A stretch of DNA of 64,000 nucleotides. Source: Octopus sinensis. Its lineage: Eukaryota. Below the pieces are notes generated by a model, which was not told the DNA's origin, searched no databases, and was given only the letters and a program-made list of their open reading frames with translations. How positions within the stretch are numbered: the stretch's first letter is position 1; the number at the start of each line of letters is the position of its first letter. Both the position numbers and the translations under genes were made by a program. This document shows positions 60,801 to 64,000 of the stretch, in pieces. The stretch lies in the NCBI RefSeq assembly GCF_006345805.1, contig NC_042999.1, positions 50,468,001-50,532,000 on the forward strand, read 5' to 3'.

Positions 60801-62519
60801 CCAGAAGGTATTTGCAATATAGGTGTCTAAGTAGACACTAATATTCTATATATCATTGCCAGAAGTTTCACTTGTAATGATGTAACCGGATGTTTTGTCA
60901 CTGAAGTGCACAAAACAGAGAAAAATCATGCGACCTTGCTGTTCTGGTGGCCATAGCATATATATAAAAGCATTACATGAGCTTCTATGCACCACAAGTC
61001 TATATGAGCAGTCCTCTTAAGGTAAATAGCACAGTATTCTGTGTTCTGATACAAGCTCCACGTTAAGTTGGAGATAAAGACTATCTTCAAGAATTCATAC
61101 TAGTTCTATCACTATTAATTATTTTTTGTACATGCACACACACACATAATAGTATCCCTCAATCAGCAGCTACCTGAAATTCTGGTTTTGGATAAAATCT
61201 CTTCTCTATATAAAGTACTTTTTCGCCCATTTGTATACTGAAATACAAACACATGTGTGATATATATAATTACAGTATATATACATGCATATATACATGC
61301 ATATATACAACAAAACATGCAATAAACATCACACACATATTCATTATATAATCAGTGTTCATGATTATAGTTTTATACAAATAAATATATTTCAATAAAT
61401 ATGTACAAAACTGCAATTAAATTTTCCAATTATAATAAACTATAATTAAGAAGCTATTGAACAAACTAACAAAATAGATTAAATTCTACAAAACAACAAT
61501 AACGTGGCCATAACAAGGACCTCTTTTCAAAAAATATCTACATTAAAGCAATAACTACCATTAAGACTCTTCCTCCTCCCCTTCCATTGTTGCTTAACCT
61601 ACTAGAAATAGCAGTCAAATCTTTCCCAAATCACAGCCTTGTACCTTAAAATATGTCAAGTAAGGATTGTTGATATGAAGGGCATCCAGCTTTAGAATAC
61701 GTCTCAACGTATTCTGTCTGACACAGCAAGTATGCAAAAGTGGTTATTCAAAAGTGCTGTTATGACAGAACACTTTACTTCTTAATTCAGAAAGTAGTTA
61801 TACACACTAGTTATATACATTCCATTCCTTCCAGAATTCTTTGAAACTAAAAGTCAGTTACGTGTTCAGAGATTTGCTAATTGTATGTGCTAACTATTCC
61901 TGGCAGCAAATGAGTTTCACCTCTGCTCTATCTGATACAGCTAAGTAGATGATTGGGTATGTCACTTCATATATCTCATAGGTATGTCCCTTCATATCTC
62001 TCACATAACCAAAGTGTATAACACTAAGTCCACAAAGCTCTAACATGGAAACACTTCTTCTACCAATCTGTGTCTTCAATTTAGTAGATGCCTATAATTG
62101 TTGTCAAATACCAGCCAAGCTTTCTCCTTTTAACTATGTAGCAAATGTCAGACACTGATTTCCTATAAAAACAGATGTATTGCCAAAGGATATAAGTGTC
62201 TCGACATTAAATTAATTAGAAAACTTCGCAGTCTATTATCATGTCATCTACCATAATTTCAGTCATCTCCAAGACAACATATAAAAACTAAACCAATTAT
62301 TTGGCTGATGTCTCATTTTACTGACTCTGAATGGAAGCAATATTGACTCTGGTAGGCTTTACAGTAAATATTAATTACACTGAAAATGTTGATTATGTCA
62401 CATTTTCATGGAAGACATCTCACTTAGGATCAGCAGCTGCCCAAAACTGCCATCAAAGGACTACCTCCAAATGAGACATGATGTTGTCTCTAAAACAATA
62501 TGCAATGTTTGTTGTTTGT

Positions 62520-62800
62520 TCCTTCTCGAGCCATGCCTGGCTCATAAGGGCTGGTTTTCCGGTTTCCTTGGAATATAGGTTTCCCACCCATCACAGGTGA
62601 GCTACAAGATGCAGGAGGAAAGAGTGAGAGAAAGTTGTGGCAAAAGAGTCAGCAGAAGTTCACCATTACCTTCTGCTGGAGCCACAAGGAGCTTAGGTGT
62701 TTTGCTCATAAACACACACACATCGCCTGGTCTGAGATTCGAACCTGCGATCCCTCGACCGCGAGTCCGCTGCTCGAACAACTAGGCCGTGTGCCTCCAT
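62520..62800 (-). mobile_element. SINE family D-related
   Basis: Reverse-strand tRNA-like head (GGTTCGAATCTC) and family D body. Confidence 0.75.
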
Positions 62801-64000
62801 AATATGCAATGCCATCCGCAAAAAAGACTGTCTTGTAACAGATATAGAGAATAGCCCTGTTATTGAATAGATACACAAACATCAACTCAAGGATAAGCAA
62901 AGAGAGAGAGATAATAACTATGGAAAATTGCTTTGAAGAATTGACCATCTATACTCAGAGAATAAATTCACATTTATACCAATAATAATTGGTGCATTCG
63001 GTTTTGTTAGTAAATGCCTGATAACCTGGTAGGGCAAAGGTTTTAATAAAACTAAATCATCCAGCTAATATGCATGCTACACATACAATTTGTAAGTGGA
63101 GCAGTAAAAATATGCAAGATTTTTCTCAAATTCAACATAAGGCTTTGTTTTTATCTACATTCCAGTCTTGGAGCTTTGTATCATTGTTAGAAACCAACTC
63201 CTTCCTTACAGAAAGAATTCAAATAATTAAAAATAGAAGTAAAATATAAATATATGTGTGTGCATGTATGAATGAGTGTTTGTGTCTTTACAAATGGGAG
63301 AAGAAATTACTCAATATTTGTAAAAGAATGGATAAAATCTTTTTCAATGCAACTTCAAGATTTGCATTTCGGTTTTTCAGTGCTGTGGAAAATGGTAACA
63401 TTCAGCTCACATATGCAATGAAAGGAAGCATCAGCTTTGAAAAAAATGAATATCTATCATATTGTATATTTGCATGTATAAATCACACACACATATTCCA
63501 GGGGCATACAATGTAAAAACAGCATGTGACATACCTAGTGAAAATACAAATATAGTGTAGAGCAAAAAAATATAAGGCAAATTGTAAATGTCAAAATCAG
63601 ACATTCAAGACCGTGTTAATGTGAAGTTAGCTGACTGCTGAAAGCCAGTGTGTGTGATTTGAGTTTCTAAAGAGTAATTAAATGTAATAAAACACACTAA
63701 CATTAATTACATGCACATTCTATTTAATTCAGTTTCTTGCATAAACTCTAAGTCAATAATAAAATTTAATGATAATTTCTGAATCCCATGATTTACTTTA
63801 GGTAAACAAACCCTTTGAATCCCTTATTGACAAGACATGAAATTAATTAGTTATTGTCACCATACATTATAATAGCACCACAATAAGGCAGTGAAATGGC
63901 AGAATCATTAATTCACCAGACAAAATACTTAATGGTATTTCATGTATATACACATTTTGAGTTCAAATTTTTCACAGGTCAACTTGACTTATCATCCTTT

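Noticed and set aside
61894-62091. Minus-strand ORF KTQIGRRSVSMLELCG... as an exon
   Set aside because: Weak acceptor, an internal ~24-nt duplication, and phase incompatible with the next candidate exon.

Overview
AT-rich, repeat-dominated eukaryotic DNA. The SINE families look to me like those of octopus (coleoid cephalopods); this is recalled, not database-checked. No host gene can be confidently called: there are only a few weak minus-strand exon candidates and one strong recursive-splice-like signal. The rest is tRNA-derived SINEs, LINE fragments (CR1, RTE, an (AAT)n-tailed element), Tc1/mariner-type MITEs, foldback elements, microsatellites and one young, 5'-truncated, frameshifted Penelope-like element (PLE; RT plus GIY-YIG, 40927-43821). 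The main discovery is a dense set of type I hammerhead ribozymes (HHRs), found by hand-folding: about 17 motifs in about 9 unrelated sequence families, mostly inserted at (TA)n and often with PLE-style 5' inversions. The best case is a 4-copy tandem array of a ~563-bp unit (34996-37483), each unit carrying an HHR with an intact catalytic core. This is a retrozyme-like system predicted to give ~563-nt monomeric or circular RNAs. Other families carry unusual cores, including a compensatory G3:C8 variant (56824-56874) and an HHR with a very long stem II (51186-51292). All ribozyme calls are by-eye structure predictions; none has been tested for cleavage.
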